The translations under genes and the position numbers were made by a program. DNA of 61,630 nt, filler included, from Globobulimina sp. (Eukaryota): the NCBI GenBank assembly GCA_003354225.1. It is 23 parts of 23 records of this genome, joined end to end, with 100 filler letters (N's around TTAATTAATTAA, not from the genome) between each part and the next. Parts side by side here need not be neighbours in the genome. Positions count along the whole stretch, not along the records: positions 34,903 to 37,486 come from PIVH01005866.1; positions 37,587 to 40,170 come from PIVH01005867.1; positions 40,271 to 42,853 come from PIVH01005868.1; positions 42,954 to 45,536 come from PIVH01005869.1; positions 45,637 to 48,219 come from PIVH01005870.1; 18 more parts are not named here. One strand, 5' to 3'. The notes beneath the pieces were generated by a model. That model had not been told where the DNA came from. It worked only from the letters and a program-made list of their open reading frames with translations, and ran no database searches. Below, one piece after another: positions 36,442-48,319 of this stretch (the first letter of the stretch is position 1; each line of letters opens with the position of its first letter).

Positions 36442-36978
36442 TTACAATCTTAATTTCATTAATCTGTCTCTCCTCTTTGCTTTTGCTTTGTGTGTATTTT
36501 GTAATGGAAATGGTCTCTGTGGAAGATGTGCATAATCCCATTCTGATGGAACATGTCTATGTGTTTCAATTAAAGCCATATGGGATATTTTTTTATTCCA
36601 CATGCCAGGAAACCATCTTCCTTGCAATGAAAAATTTTTTGTTTCCGTATTTTTCCATTTCTTTTGTTCCACATAACGTCCTGTTCTCTGCGCAATGTAT
36701 GACATTTTTTTACCAATATCTTGTTTTGCTAAATTGGATAATTCGACAGTATGTTCTTGCAGTTTTTGTTCTGGTTTTGATGGTAAATACGATGCGATCA
36801 TCAATGGCGGTTTGCCGGTGTCCATTGACACAATAATCTCAATGTGGCGGTTTTTCTTTGCAAATGAATACAAATATTTTCCATCGTGAATTAGATCCCT
36901 CACTCCGGCAGATGGCTTTGTGTGATGACAATACAAGATTTCCAATCTTCTCAAACATTTGACACCATAAAACGACAT
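36442..36978 (-). CDS. MRPL43: Mitochondrial ribosomal protein mL43
   Basis: GV..L.RL.I.YC....S.GVR......FA..N.HIEI.V.....P...A.Y and a late S.QG.W motif. Confidence 0.72.
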   Translation of the reverse strand: MSFYGVKCLRRLEILYCHHTKPSAGVRDLIHDGKYLYSFAKKNRHIEIIVSMDTGKPPLMIASYLPSKPEQKLQEHTVELSNLAKQDIGKKMSYIAQRTGRYVEQKKWKNTETKNFSLQGRWFPGMWNKKISHMALIETHRHVPSEWDYAHLPQRPFPLQNTHKAKAKRRDRLMKLRL

Positions 36979-37036
36979 TATGCACCGCTTTAAAGTTTTT
37001 AATTTTGTATTTACTTCCAGCTTAATTTACTGTGCA

Positions 37037-37486
37037 ATGTACAATATCTTTGGTTGTTTGCCACTTTTGCTCGCCATAACTGCCACCACTGGCATGGATT
37101 GCAAAACCACAGCATCTCCAAACGCATGCTTCAATGCTGTCGATAAAGAAAAATCAACACATTTTTATGCTCCTCGCAATGGAACAATTTATGGAATTGA
37201 ACTTGATCATTTATCCGGAGGTGTAACTTGTGATTATCGCCGTTATCGTAATACTCATTGGGGCTGTCTCTATGACAGTGATGCTTTAATGGTATACATG
37301 TACAAAACAGACGGCACGGTTCTATATCCTGACATGGATGGTAAGACAGAGAATGTTAACTTTGATACAAGTAACACTGATTATGGCTGGTATCATATGA
37401 CCACAGCAAACATAGATTCAGATTCCATTACATTCAATCAACCACAGTATGCAGTTACCACTGATGATCAATTTATGTTACAATAT
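37037..37486 (+). CDS. Secreted protein of unknown function, 3'-partial
   Basis: Signal peptide MYNIFGCLPLLLAITATTG. Motif GIELDHLSGGVTC....THWGC. Confidence 0.6.
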
Positions 37487-37798
37487 NNNNNNNNNNNNNN
37501 NNNNNNNNNNNNNNNNNNNNNNNNNNNNNNTTAATTAATTAANNNNNNNNNNNNNNNNNNNNNNNNNNNNNNNNNNNNNNNNNNNNTTTAATTGGTGTTG
37601 GTCAACAAATGTCTATTTTTCCTAAATAAATTACTCAAAGTAATATCATTTATTTTGTATTATTTCAAATATATAAATCCGTAAATCGATCCTTGTGCAC
37701 AAGTGCGTTTTTCAAGCAAACTACAGCAACATTAAAAACAGTTAAGCAGGTTCTGAGTGAAAAAACCTTTGCTCAGCTCTAGAATATCAAACGAAAAC

Positions 37799-40054
37799 AT
37801 GTCTCTGTGGTGTTTAGTACTAATAGTGTTTGTAATTTGCGGCAATGTAGCACAAAATGAGAAAACAACTATCAACATATACGCAATAACAACACCATTC
37901 TCTGTCGGTGAATCACTAGAACGAGGTCATGAAATTGCAATTGATATTTTCAATGAGGGTTCAAATATTTTATCTGAATATTATTTTCTCAATCTTACAA
38001 TGCTGAAATCTGGAGATGCCACTCATTCATTAGTACATGCACTAGAAATATCACATGATAATAACAATGCTAATGATAATATATCATATACAATACCCAT
38101 TGTATTAGCTTGTGATTGGTCAATGCTGTCAACAGTTACAGCACCAACATTATCTGCCTTTGAATGGGCGCAAATATCGGGATCCTCAACATCGTCCATA
38201 TTATCAGAAACATTTGCATTATCATATTTTTATCGTACAATACCGAATGATGAGTTACAAGCACAATCATTGATTCATTTATGTAATACATTTAATTGGA
38301 CCCACATTGGAATAATTCATGTCAATGATAATTATGGTGTGTATTTAGCTGTATTTATCAGTGACTTCGCAACAACACATTCTATCGAAGTCAATTCAAT
38401 TGCATTTGAAAGAAATAAAAATGAATCTTATGACAATGCAGCCCGATCTATGAAAGAGATTGGTGTCTATATTATTATTATTATATCACACGGCGACAAT
38501 GACATAAAACAACTATTTACAGCATTAAACACACAAAATATGTTACAATATCCTTATTTTTATATAGCTACTGATGGCTGGTTAGATGTTAAAGTTATAC
38601 AAAACATAACAAATGATTTTACACATTATCAAGGCATTATTGGTACATTGCCGTGGCAACCAATTGCAAGTAAAACAAATAAATTATATAATGAAATTGA
38701 ACAATTATATTATACAAAATATGGAAATAATTCCAGTCCAATGGGTACTCGTTTAATATATGGATATGATACGGCCATGACAGTGATACAAATCTTACAA
38801 ACATTACATATTAAATATGGCGTAAAGTGGTGGATCGATTATGATTCTCATGAGATAATCACATTTATCTCTTCTATTATATTGAATGAGATTGAATTCC
38901 AAAGTGTAACTGGCTTAGTTTCATTTGACAATGATAATGGTGATCGCAATGATGGCTTATATAGTTTTGGTTTTATTACTCAATATGGAGACATCCAACA
39001 TTTTGGATATTCATATTTTCAAACAATAAATGCTTCAAATGGAACAATTTCTAAATTCACATCAGTGATTGACGAAGATTTAATTGTTTGGCCAAATATA
39101 TTTGAAAATAAAAATATTCTGCCACAGTCCTCTTCATTTATAACCAATAAAATATCAGTAATTAACAAAAAATTATTTATTTCAATTGTAATAATGTGTT
39201 GCATTTGTATGGTGTGCATTATTTTGTGGGCCATTGTAAATATTAATAGATATGGAAGCAAATTAGATTTAATTATGTATATTGGTGTAATAATGGCATA
39301 TGTAAATGTCATAATTGGTGGTTTAGACGAAGGATTTTATCATTTATATGATAAGAGAACATTGGATATTTTGTGTAATGTTCGTATATGGTTTCTTGTC
39401 TTATCATTTACTTTATGTTTTACGCCAATATTTGCTAAAACGTATAGATTATCGCGTATATTCACAGAGTTATTGATTGCAAAAAGAATAGTCGATGGTG
39501 TGCTGTTACTGCGTATATTGGCGGCTGTTTGCATTGATTTAATACTATTACTAATATTTACAAGTGTATCACCATTGGAGCGTATAATGAAAGAAGGTGA
39601 TATTTATGTCATTGATGAGCTGCAGTCTCAACAATATATATTTGGTGATTGTTCAATAGCAGTTAGTTCTGCATTTTTTGCGTGTATTTGTGTGTGGAAA
39701 TGTATGCAATTAATATTTGGTATTTATGTATCAATAATTGTGTCGCGACTGAGTTTTAAATCACAGCGACGGATTATGACAATTATTGTTGTTATTTTTT
39801 GTATTGATATTATATTAATTTCATTTGGTCCAACAGATAAACCTTCATTTAGATATTTAATATACGCAGTAACAACAATAATAATTATGAATGTTATTGT
39901 ATTTGAGAGATATTTTATTAAATTAAAAATAAAATACGACCTAAAAACCAATGAAAATACAACCTATACACAAGAGGATATTGAATTAAATGATGAACGT
40001 AAAATGAAGAAATTATTAAAATTAAGGTATTGTATTACGGTTATTTACATGTAA
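37799..40054 (+). CDS. Class C (GABA-B-like) GPCR: Venus-flytrap domain + 7TM
   Basis: Signal peptide. QISGSSTS..LS......FYRTIP.D, FNWTHIGII...D.YG, YGYD, FQSVTG.VSFD...GDR. TM3 CNVRIWFL.LSFTL.F..IFAKTYRL.RIF. Confidence 0.92.
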   Translation: MSLWCLVLIVFVICGNVAQNEKTTINIYAITTPFSVGESLERGHEIAIDIFNEGSNILSEYYFLNLTMLKSGDATHSLVHALEISHDNNNANDNISYTIPIVLACDWSMLSTVTAPTLSAFEWAQISGSSTSSILSETFALSYFYRTIPNDELQAQSLIHLCNTFNWTHIGIIHVNDNYGVYLAVFISDFATTHSIEVNSIAFERNKNESYDNAARSMKEIGVYIIIIISHGDNDIKQLFTALNTQNMLQYPYFYIATDGWLDVKVIQNITNDFTHYQGIIGTLPWQPIASKTNKLYNEIEQLYYTKYGNNSSPMGTRLIYGYDTAMTVIQILQTLHIKYGVKWWIDYDSHEIITFISSIILNEIEFQSVTGLVSFDNDNGDRNDGLYSFGFITQYGDIQHFGYSYFQTINASNGTISKFTSVIDEDLIVWPNIFENKNILPQSSSFITNKISVINKKLFISIVIMCCICMVCIILWAIVNINRYGSKLDLIMYIGVIMAYVNVIIGGLDEGFYHLYDKRTLDILCNVRIWFLVLSFTLCFTPIFAKTYRLSRIFTELLIAKRIVDGVLLLRILAAVCIDLILLLIFTSVSPLERIMKEGDIYVIDELQSQQYIFGDCSIAVSSAFFACICVWKCMQLIFGIYVSIIVSRLSFKSQRRIMTIIVVIFCIDIILISFGPTDKPSFRYLIYAVTTIIIMNVIVFERYFIKLKIKYDLKTNENTTYTQEDIELNDERKMKKLLKLRYCITVIYM

Positions 40055-40348
40055 AATCTCCGTCTATTTGTATGCATAAAACGAAAAGTTTTGATTCTGT
40101 GCAGCTAAAATATTAATAAATAGTGGCTGCATTACCGTCTCTCCAATTTGAATGCTCAAACATTTCGCAANNNNNNNNNNNNNNNNNNNNNNNNNNNNNN
40201 NNNNNNNNNNNNNNTTAATTAATTAANNNNNNNNNNNNNNNNNNNNNNNNNNNNNNNNNNNNNNNNNNNNGTTTCCCTCATTCCAGTTTCCCCCCAAAAA
40301 GGTTTACCCCTTCTACTTGGCATTTTTTGTTTTTGAGATTAAATGTTC

Positions 40349-40709
40349 GACCACGATGGTTTGGCCTAAAACCAGGTTTTCTAAATTAAAATGCTCACTA
40401 CTCCTCTAGTTCTCGGTGAAATCATTTGATTTATACGTCAAAAGAAAGACAAAAGTTTGTAGTTGTATTTAGTATATCGAAACGCTCGCGAACTGTAACA
40501 AAAGCTCTTTCTTTTTCATGTGGAAAGGAAAAAGAGGTGAATGCAAAAAAGAACGGGGAAAAAAGGAGCGAAAAAGAAAACGGGACAACAATTTTGTCAT
40601 TGACGCTTAAACGAAATACTTATTCCAAAAACAAAAAATGTCAAGAAGAATTTATGCCTTAACGCGTTTTAATTTAGAAAACCTAGTTTTAGGCCAAACC
40701 ATCGTGGTC
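40349..40709. mobile_element. MITE-like element with about 46-bp TIRs
   Basis: gaccacgatggtttggcctaaaaccaggttttctaaattaaaatgc versus the reverse complement of gcgttttaatttagaaaacctagttttaggccaaaccatcgtggtc (2 mismatches). No clean TSD. Confidence 0.75.
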
Positions 40710-41362
40710 ATTGTTAAACATTTTTCATTGACGCTTTGCGGAGGAACATTATTTGCGTCTACTAGGATTTGTCGTTATAGATAGATAGTGGGTTAGAAAA
40801 AAGTAATGTGGCCTTGCTTCACGCGACTATCTCTATGTTAAGTATATATATGTTAGTTTCTCACGATTGTTCTCTTCGTAACAAACAGGATAAGCTTCAT
40901 GTTTTTTGCTCTAATCGCTAGTATTAGGAGGTGTTAGGTTAAAGATTTATTTTTTAATAATATGGCCTTGGAGTCTCGAAATTTTGATTCTCATCTCATT
41001 TGGTCTAGATATCGGTGTCAACATGGACATGTTTCCCCGCAGACATGTTTATAAGGAGATCTACACCCCTTTCTTTATGTATCCAAAATATCTTCCCGCT
41101 TGCTTTTCCATAGTTTGTGAGGGTGTGGAAGGTATCGTCACCTTGGTGTTCGATATCATGTTGACACCGTTTCCTCCCTATGTTCCAAACCCCCCTATTC
41201 TTCCCAATTAAAAGGTACGATACCGTAGAGAATTTATAGTAGCTAGTTAAACTAAAGCAGTGAGGAAATTTAATTTCTCGTCAAAACTTAAGTGAAAAGT
41301 TGGAGATTTTAATTAAAAATCTATGGGATTTTGCCTTTATTAATATTAATATTAATATAATA

Positions 41363-41571
41363 CATACCGCTTAGCGAGTCAGGAAAAGGTCAGGAAATAG
41401 AACTGGTATTTTCCGTTAGTCTCCAAAGCACCAAATTTCCAAAAAAATCTGGCCTTCGGCCACATTCCACCCGGCAACAGTAACTTGTTGTGCATTATGC
41501 CAAGTTTTTGCAAAAATTCGACCATACACTGGCGATTTTCGCTAGTGTATGGAAAATCGCTAAGCGGTATG
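41363..41571. mobile_element. Tc1/mariner-type MITE (TA TSD)
   Basis: TIR CATACCGCTTAGCGA...TCGCTAAGCGGTATG with TA on both flanks. Internal hairpin ccatacactggcga-tt-ttcgctagtgtatgg. Confidence 0.8.
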
Positions 41572-41598
41572 TATAATAACGATGCTGCTGCTTTTTAG

Positions 41599-42493
41599 GA
41601 ATCTTATCCTGAGCACACTAGACGTGATGTATATGAATATCTGCTTACAATGGGCAAATTGCCGTCTAGGAACAAGAAAGTTTTAGATCTTAAGTTGTTA
41701 CCCAAGCCATGGATCGATCATTATATGGTAATAAATGGTATTACATTATTTTAATAATTTTGCTGTGTCTAGTTATTGTTGTATTATATACAATAACTAG
41801 ATGAACCCTGAAAATGTATGTTTTGCTTTAGCGTGCTACGAAATGGAAAGAGCAATTGGATAAAGAGAACAAACTTGCACGTGGTGATAATAAAGAATCT
41901 GATAATCGTAAAGACGACGGTCGTGGTAAGTTTTCACTAGCTTAAATTAGCATGGGTGTGTTTGGTCAGATTCGACGATTCGTCAGCTGCCAAATTCCAG
42001 GAACGTGTGCATATTATAATTTTATTTTCGGTAGGATATGAATATCGCGATATTTTGATGTATTACATTTCAGCCGCCGAAGAAGTGGTCAGAGACGGTT
42101 CAGTTGGCGCTGTTGTAGTTATGAACGCATTGGATTTTGCACTGGCAGCGAAATTACGACCCAAGAATGTCCCATTTCGGGGTATATCAACGTTTTTGGT
42201 TGATCGATTGAGTTCTTTTGTAAGTTAACTTTAAATTTTATTTTACATTTTAAATGCTTAGCAAATTGAAGTTCCTTTAAAATTTTTTGGTTACTTGATA
42301 TTGTCCCTGTAATTTTAGATCGACCCTTCCGCAACACTTTTTGATTTTGAATTAATGAAGGGAACATTGGACACCTTTACTGTTATTTGTATGAATGACA
42401 CGCCGGCTGCTCTTGAATCGGTCAGTGACTTGTCACGTTACAACAAACGGTTGCTATTCATAGAATCAGGTGACAAAAAAGATGTTTTGCCAG
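41599..42493 (+). CDS. Multi-exon hypothetical gene fragment, possibly degenerate
   Basis: Four AG/GT-bounded coding-like segments (ESYPEHTRR..., MNPENVCF..., YEYRDILM..., IDPSATLF...). One has a frame break near 41855. Confidence 0.4.
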
Positions 42494-42680
42494 GTATGTG
42501 GGGTATGTATGTATCTACGGTCTCCGATAAGTATCTACGGCTACTTCCATGGTTGTGGTAGGCCATTGTTAATCTGCTTGGGTCTCAAGCAGCCTGGTCT
42601 GGTCTCCCTGTCACTGGTCTGTTTCTAGAGTATTCTTGTTATGTAAAAGGTTGATGGCCACTGTTCTAGAGCCTACACTG

Positions 42681-42853
42681 TAGAGATGAGAACGGGCCGG
42701 CCTGGCCCGGCCCGGCCCGTGCCCGGCCCGCCCGTCGACCTTTTTCCGACGGGCCGGGCCGCACTTTTGGGAAGGTCGGGCCGGGCCGGGCCGGGCCGAA
42801 AATGATTTTTCTGCAAGTACTAAATTTCACCAAAAGCAGTGAAACGTTATGTA
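42681..42853 (+). mobile_element. Left end of a hAT-like transposon with GC-rich subterminal repeats
   Basis: Starts TAGAGATG (compare the Ac TIR C/TAGGGATG), followed by (GGCCC)n and (GGGCC)n arrays in opposite orientation. Truncated by the contig end. Confidence 0.65.
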
Positions 42854-42953
42854 NNNNNNNNNNNNNNNNNNNNNNNNNNNNNNNNNNNNNNNNNNNNTTA
42901 ATTAATTAANNNNNNNNNNNNNNNNNNNNNNNNNNNNNNNNNNNNNNNNNNNN

Positions 42954-43732
42954 TATATACAGAAGTGAAAGAGAAATAGAAAAATGCGGGCATTCTCTCC
43001 AGCAACCGGCGGGATAGAATATCCGCATTTCTTTGTTATTCTCACATTTATTATGGCATATTGCATTGCAAGATTATATTTTGACTGCCAGCCATCAGAG
43101 GAAGCGATAATGCACGGCATACACAATCATGCGTTGAGGACAAATGTTCGAGCCAGGATATTGTACATTGTATCACATCATGTTTTATTTTTTGGTTTGT
43201 TGGGGTTTGGTATAGGGATTAAGGTATTGTTGCATATTCGAATTTAATTTTAGTCATTAATTGTGATATATATTATGTTAAGATCGCATTTAAACATTTT
43301 GATGATCATATTTTAGAAAAAGAATGGATCGATGTGTTGTTGCCTGGATATTCATTAGTTTTAATCATAATTTCATTAAATATTATCCGATGGAGTCATC
43401 CGTATAAAATCACATCAAAATTAGTATGGTTATGTAGGAGTATATTGGTAATAATTATGGCTATAATACCTATATTTGCGAAAAAGCTGAATCAAGGAAT
43501 TGTTTTTGGTGTTTTCTTATTTTGTTTGATTGCTCTCAATTTAGTTGATGTTGAAGGCAGAAGAAACAGACAAAAAATAAAAGAAGAAATGAAAGAAAAA
43601 AGGGAAAATGAAAAAAAGAAATCACAACATGTTGGATCGAAAAATGTAAGAGGCACAGTTCCGACGATGAATAATCAGATAGAACTTAATGCACTTAATG
43701 GGACGGGACCTGTTCATGAACATGCAGTGTGA
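42954..43732 (+). CDS. C-terminal part of an LtrA-like multi-TM protein
   Basis: LYFD.QP......HALR......Y...H..L..GL..FG.G.K motif. Intron from about 43223. Further TM helices follow. Confidence 0.55.
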
Positions 43733-43875
43733 CTATGAGTACGACAGATACCAATGTGGTTTTCTTTATTTTTTTGTTTGAGTGCTGTATAAATTATTTT
43801 ATTTATATATTGTTCCTTTTTGTATGTTATTTTGGATTTTGTTCTCATCGTTTCATTTACTCTTCGTTAAGTTAC

Positions 43876-45503
43876 ATGGGAGCTCAAGTGCCAGTGCGTT
43901 GTTGTGGAGGAACAAAGAATGTGAATGATAAAGAAGTAGATACCGAGATAAAAGAAAAAGTTTATAGACGTACGAAAGCAGAGAGTGTATCAGAAATAAA
44001 TGAGAGAAACGACTGTTCCTCGGCAATACAACAAGAACTAAAGAGAGCGAAAAAAGAAATAGAATCAATGATGAAAAGTTATAATGATATTAAAAATCAA
44101 TCAAATGCACAATATTCGACTCTTAAAAAACAATATGAAAATGAACAAGAACAGAAATCAAAACTGATGCAAAGAATACAAGTTTTATATTTTCTATTTT
44201 ATTTTGTGTCTTATATTGAATTAATTTTATTGTTGCAGCAAAACAGCCAACAATATGAACAATTATTAAATTCGCAAAATTTATTACAAAAACAATTTGA
44301 AACTCAAATAGAAAAATATAAGAATGAATCAACTGAATTTCAGAGAAAATTGCAACAACAAATCACAGAAATAAACAAATATAAAACTGCAGAAAAAGAA
44401 CAAATTATTCGAAACAAGAAACAAAAACTTGAAAATATGAAAGTAACAACAACAGAAACGCAAAATTTAGAAATCCAAACATTAAAAACCGAAATTGAAA
44501 AATTAAAAAAAGAAAAACAAGAAATGGAAGAAACAAAAACAATGCAAGAGAAAAATGACAAATTAAAAGAAGAAATGCTACAAAAAACAGACGATTCCAC
44601 ACTAAAAAATGAGTGCATATCTCAACCAATTATTTCTCAAAATATTATGATCGACACATTAAAACATCAAATTTTATCATTACAACATAAATTGGACGAA
44701 TTTCAACAAAAAAACGCAAATAACAATGATAATGATGAAGAAAAACTTAGTGAAAATATTCCAATCCAACCAGACATTCCACAGCCAAAACAGACAGAAA
44801 TTGATAAACATTGTAAACCATTGCATGTGATAGAAAAAAATGTAACCGATAATAGGGTCAACGATGCGTTAGGAAAAGCAGTCAGTGTTACTGATGTGGC
44901 AGCTTTTGTTATGGCTCAATATAAAACAGTCGATACTTTTAAGTCCAGCGATGACGAAAACAATGCTCAGGTTGCTTTCTTTATATTTTTGCTTTCTATG
45001 TATTATGCGGAACAACGTTGTTTATGCGTTTTTAGGAGCTGTTTGACCGCGAATCATCTCCGCTAAGTCCGATTGTATCAATAACATTGGAGACAGATAA
45101 ACAAAAGGAAATTGATGAGGAAGTTATAGCAATGCGTCAAGAATTGGCTCAAATGCAAAACGAAACAGCACAGGCAATGCAGAAAGAGATATCTGCGATG
45201 AAAACTAAATTGGTTCAGAATGGTTCTCGGGAGTCAGATGATGGTGAAATAAGCGATTTGGAACACAGTATAAGTTTATCGGATGTTTATGGAGATGGAG
45301 ATATGCCAGATGCGGGAAGTAATTTATTTAGGTTCAGTTCTGGAAGCCATTGGAATACCGATGCTGTTATTAAACAGAAAAAGGAAATGACTGTGGCTTT
45401 AGTACATTTGGTTAAAACGCATGTTGATAGTCATGTGACTGTGGAAAAAAATGAAGAAAGCAATGAAGAAAGCAATGAAGAAAGCAATGAATCATCTGAT
45501 TGA
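43876..45503 (+). CDS. N-acylated coiled-coil protein with two introns
   Basis: MGAQVPVRCCGG start. T-rich introns at about 44182-44238 and 44971-45035. Ends in (NEES)3. Confidence 0.7.
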
Positions 45504-45807
45504 TTAATTGAACAACTCAGATTCTCATAGATTGTTNNNNNNNNNNNNNNNNNNNNNNNNNNNNNNNNNNNNNNNNNNNNTTAATTAATTAANNNNNNNN
45601 NNNNNNNNNNNNNNNNNNNNNNNNNNNNNNNNNNNNATTTTTAAAGTTGAAATATGTCAGTTTGTAATTTATAATACAGATATTTCTTGAATATACAGCT
45701 GTAGGCACAACATATCAAACGTTCAATACATTTGGCACCGCAGATATTTTTTTATACGTTGTTTTGTGTTTGATCGTTGAACCATTGATTAGGATGAATT
45801 TAACGTA

Positions 45808-46243
45808 CTAATTCATACTAATTTCATTAATTCTGAATTAATTCCAAATTAATTCAGAATCAGCCAAAATTAATTCAGAATCAGTTGTAAATTAATTTAA
45901 ATTAATTCTAAATTAATCAAAGTGATTGTAAATTAATTTGAATTAATTCTTAAAAAATAAAATTAATTTCATTCCTAAATCACCGAATTAATTCCTATAA
46001 ATCTATAAATTAATTCTATAAATTAATTCCAAATGTAAATAGAATTAATTCCAAATGTAGTTGTAAATTAATTTAAAATCGACTCTTAATTCCAATTAAT
46101 TCCAAATGTAAATATAATTAATTCCAAATGTAAATAGAATTAATTCCAAATGTAAATAAAATTAATTCCAAATCGACTGTTAATTCTAATTAATTCCAAA
46201 CGAAACTCTAAAATTAATTCCAAAGCAGTCAGAATTAATTCTA
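45808..46243. repeat. AT-rich minisatellite built on AATTAATT(CCAAATGTAAAT)
   Basis: Many degenerate copies of aattaattcc/aattaattct seen directly. Confidence 0.9.
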
Positions 46244-46260
46244 ACTTCCATTCTTCTTAG

Positions 46261-48219
46261 CTCTTGCCATGATTGTTCGAACTAAGGATTTTTGATGTCG
46301 ATTTTCTTAAAATGACATCACTAAACCTACTCAAAGACAAGTACTTTATGCAAAGCTGTTTCCAGCATACAAGTCGATATCCGAATACATTACGGGGGCA
46401 GCATAAAGGAATTCCAGTCGAAACATTTGACGATTTCAAATATGACGACATTTTATTCACGATCCCGATGAAGGAATATCATGCACATATTAAAGAAGAA
46501 CCATATGGAATACATCCAGGGGCAATGAAAGCAATCGAGCAATCTATTTATTATTATTCAAAACATAACCCCGAATCGTATCCTTTTTGGGTTATTCCCC
46601 GCTTGGCCGATAAAGCTAAGCCACGTTATCGTAAAACAAAAAAGATATTAATTGCAAGGTGTTTATGTGCAGCATACATTCATGATTGTGGTACAAAGTA
46701 AGTGTTTGTTTGTATGTGTTTGTTTGTGTATGGTGTTTGTGTGTTTGTTTGCAAAGACTCGATATTGAGTTTCATGAAAACCCCGACTTGATAAGGACCG
46801 GTGTTATCGGAGTTAAGTGTACATTTTATGATTATCCGTGCAGACATCCAATCGCACATTTATATCAATGGACGGGTATGAAGGATTACAGTGAATTACA
46901 ACAATTTTGTCCTTCAAAAATGCACAGAAAATCTATTGCTTTGGTGCCCGATCGTTTTGCTTTGGTTGGAAATTATTCAGTTTGTTTTATTTATTGATTG
47001 ATATATTTTGTTTGTTTTATTTATATTATTGATTGATATTTAATTATTTATACAGAACTCTTTGACAAAAAATATGGCAAAAAGTATAAAACAACAACAA
47101 AGAAACACATTAAGGAATCATGAATTAATTACTTTGAGTATTCAAAGCAAACAAATAAGTTTCCACCGACGCATAATACAAAATCTATTAAAAAATTATA
47201 AACCAACCAGTGTAATTAATCAAATCCGAATTGGAGAAACAATATTTCATGCTTCATCCCAGCCATTATGCGTGTGCATCGCCACTGAATCATCTGCATT
47301 ATATGTATACGAAGTATGCAGTCATAGAACACCTCCTCGAGACAGAAAAACAATTAGTATGGATGTGACAATGAAAGCATGTGGATCACATCCAGGGATT
47401 AACAATAAAGGTATCTGGGTCGATGATAAACCAACACAGGTATTTGAAATGAATGTAACAAAACCAGATGGTATTAAATCCAGACCATTATCATGTTTGC
47501 GTGGCGTTTCTACAGAAATGCACACTTTCAGCATTGCATCCATGATTTTCTTGTTAAGTTTTTTAAGTCACTTACATTTATGTTCTTGCTTGTAACTATT
47601 TATATTGCTTATTTGCTGTACAGATGGTTATTTAGAATTAGATGCTTAACAAATGATTTATCGTGGGTACCATTTAGATGTATATTGGATGGTTGCCCTG
47701 CTCAGATTAACGCCGCAACGTCTGTTTTTAATGGAGTATCAAAGTATGTTTATTTGATAGCTGGTTGGCGCAGTGAATTTACATGGATTAATTTCAAGCA
47801 TTGGACATCATTGCAACTATGTTATTATCATGAAATTAATTCAAGTAATTGGTATATTAATAAATTAAAAAAAGTAACTTTATTTGAAAAGGTTTTATTA
47901 AAACGTTTTTGTAGAAACGTTATTAATACATTACGGAATTTGGATGATTTTGAGCGTATATTAAGCGCTGTATCTTTTTTGTATTTTATTATTAATATAA
48001 GAATGATTGATATGAGATGGGCAAATTTGCCAATCATCGAATTAGATAAAGACTCGATTATGGATCACGCGAAACAAATGTTGGAAACGGTTGATGATGA
48101 AAGCAAAACTAATCTGAATTTATCGGATAAATTACGGAGAGAAAAATGGGATATTGATGATATTAAATGTTATCCAATTAATATTGAAAATAATATGCGG
48201 AATCGGAATAATTCGGAAT
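46261..48219 (+). CDS. Multi-exon hypothetical protein
   Basis: Consecutive + strand ORFs separated by short T-rich GT-AG segments (from about 46698, 46980, 47553). No family recognised. Confidence 0.55.
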
Positions 48220-48319
48220 NNNNNNNNNNNNNNNNNNNNNNNNNNNNNNNNNNNNNNNNNNNNTTAATTAATTAANNNNNNNNNNNNNNNNNNNNNNNNN
48301 NNNNNNNNNNNNNNNNNNN

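Noticed and set aside
41012..41169. 13-bp inverted repeat cggtgtcaacatg as a further MITE
   Set aside because: Short, with no TSD and no other copies seen.
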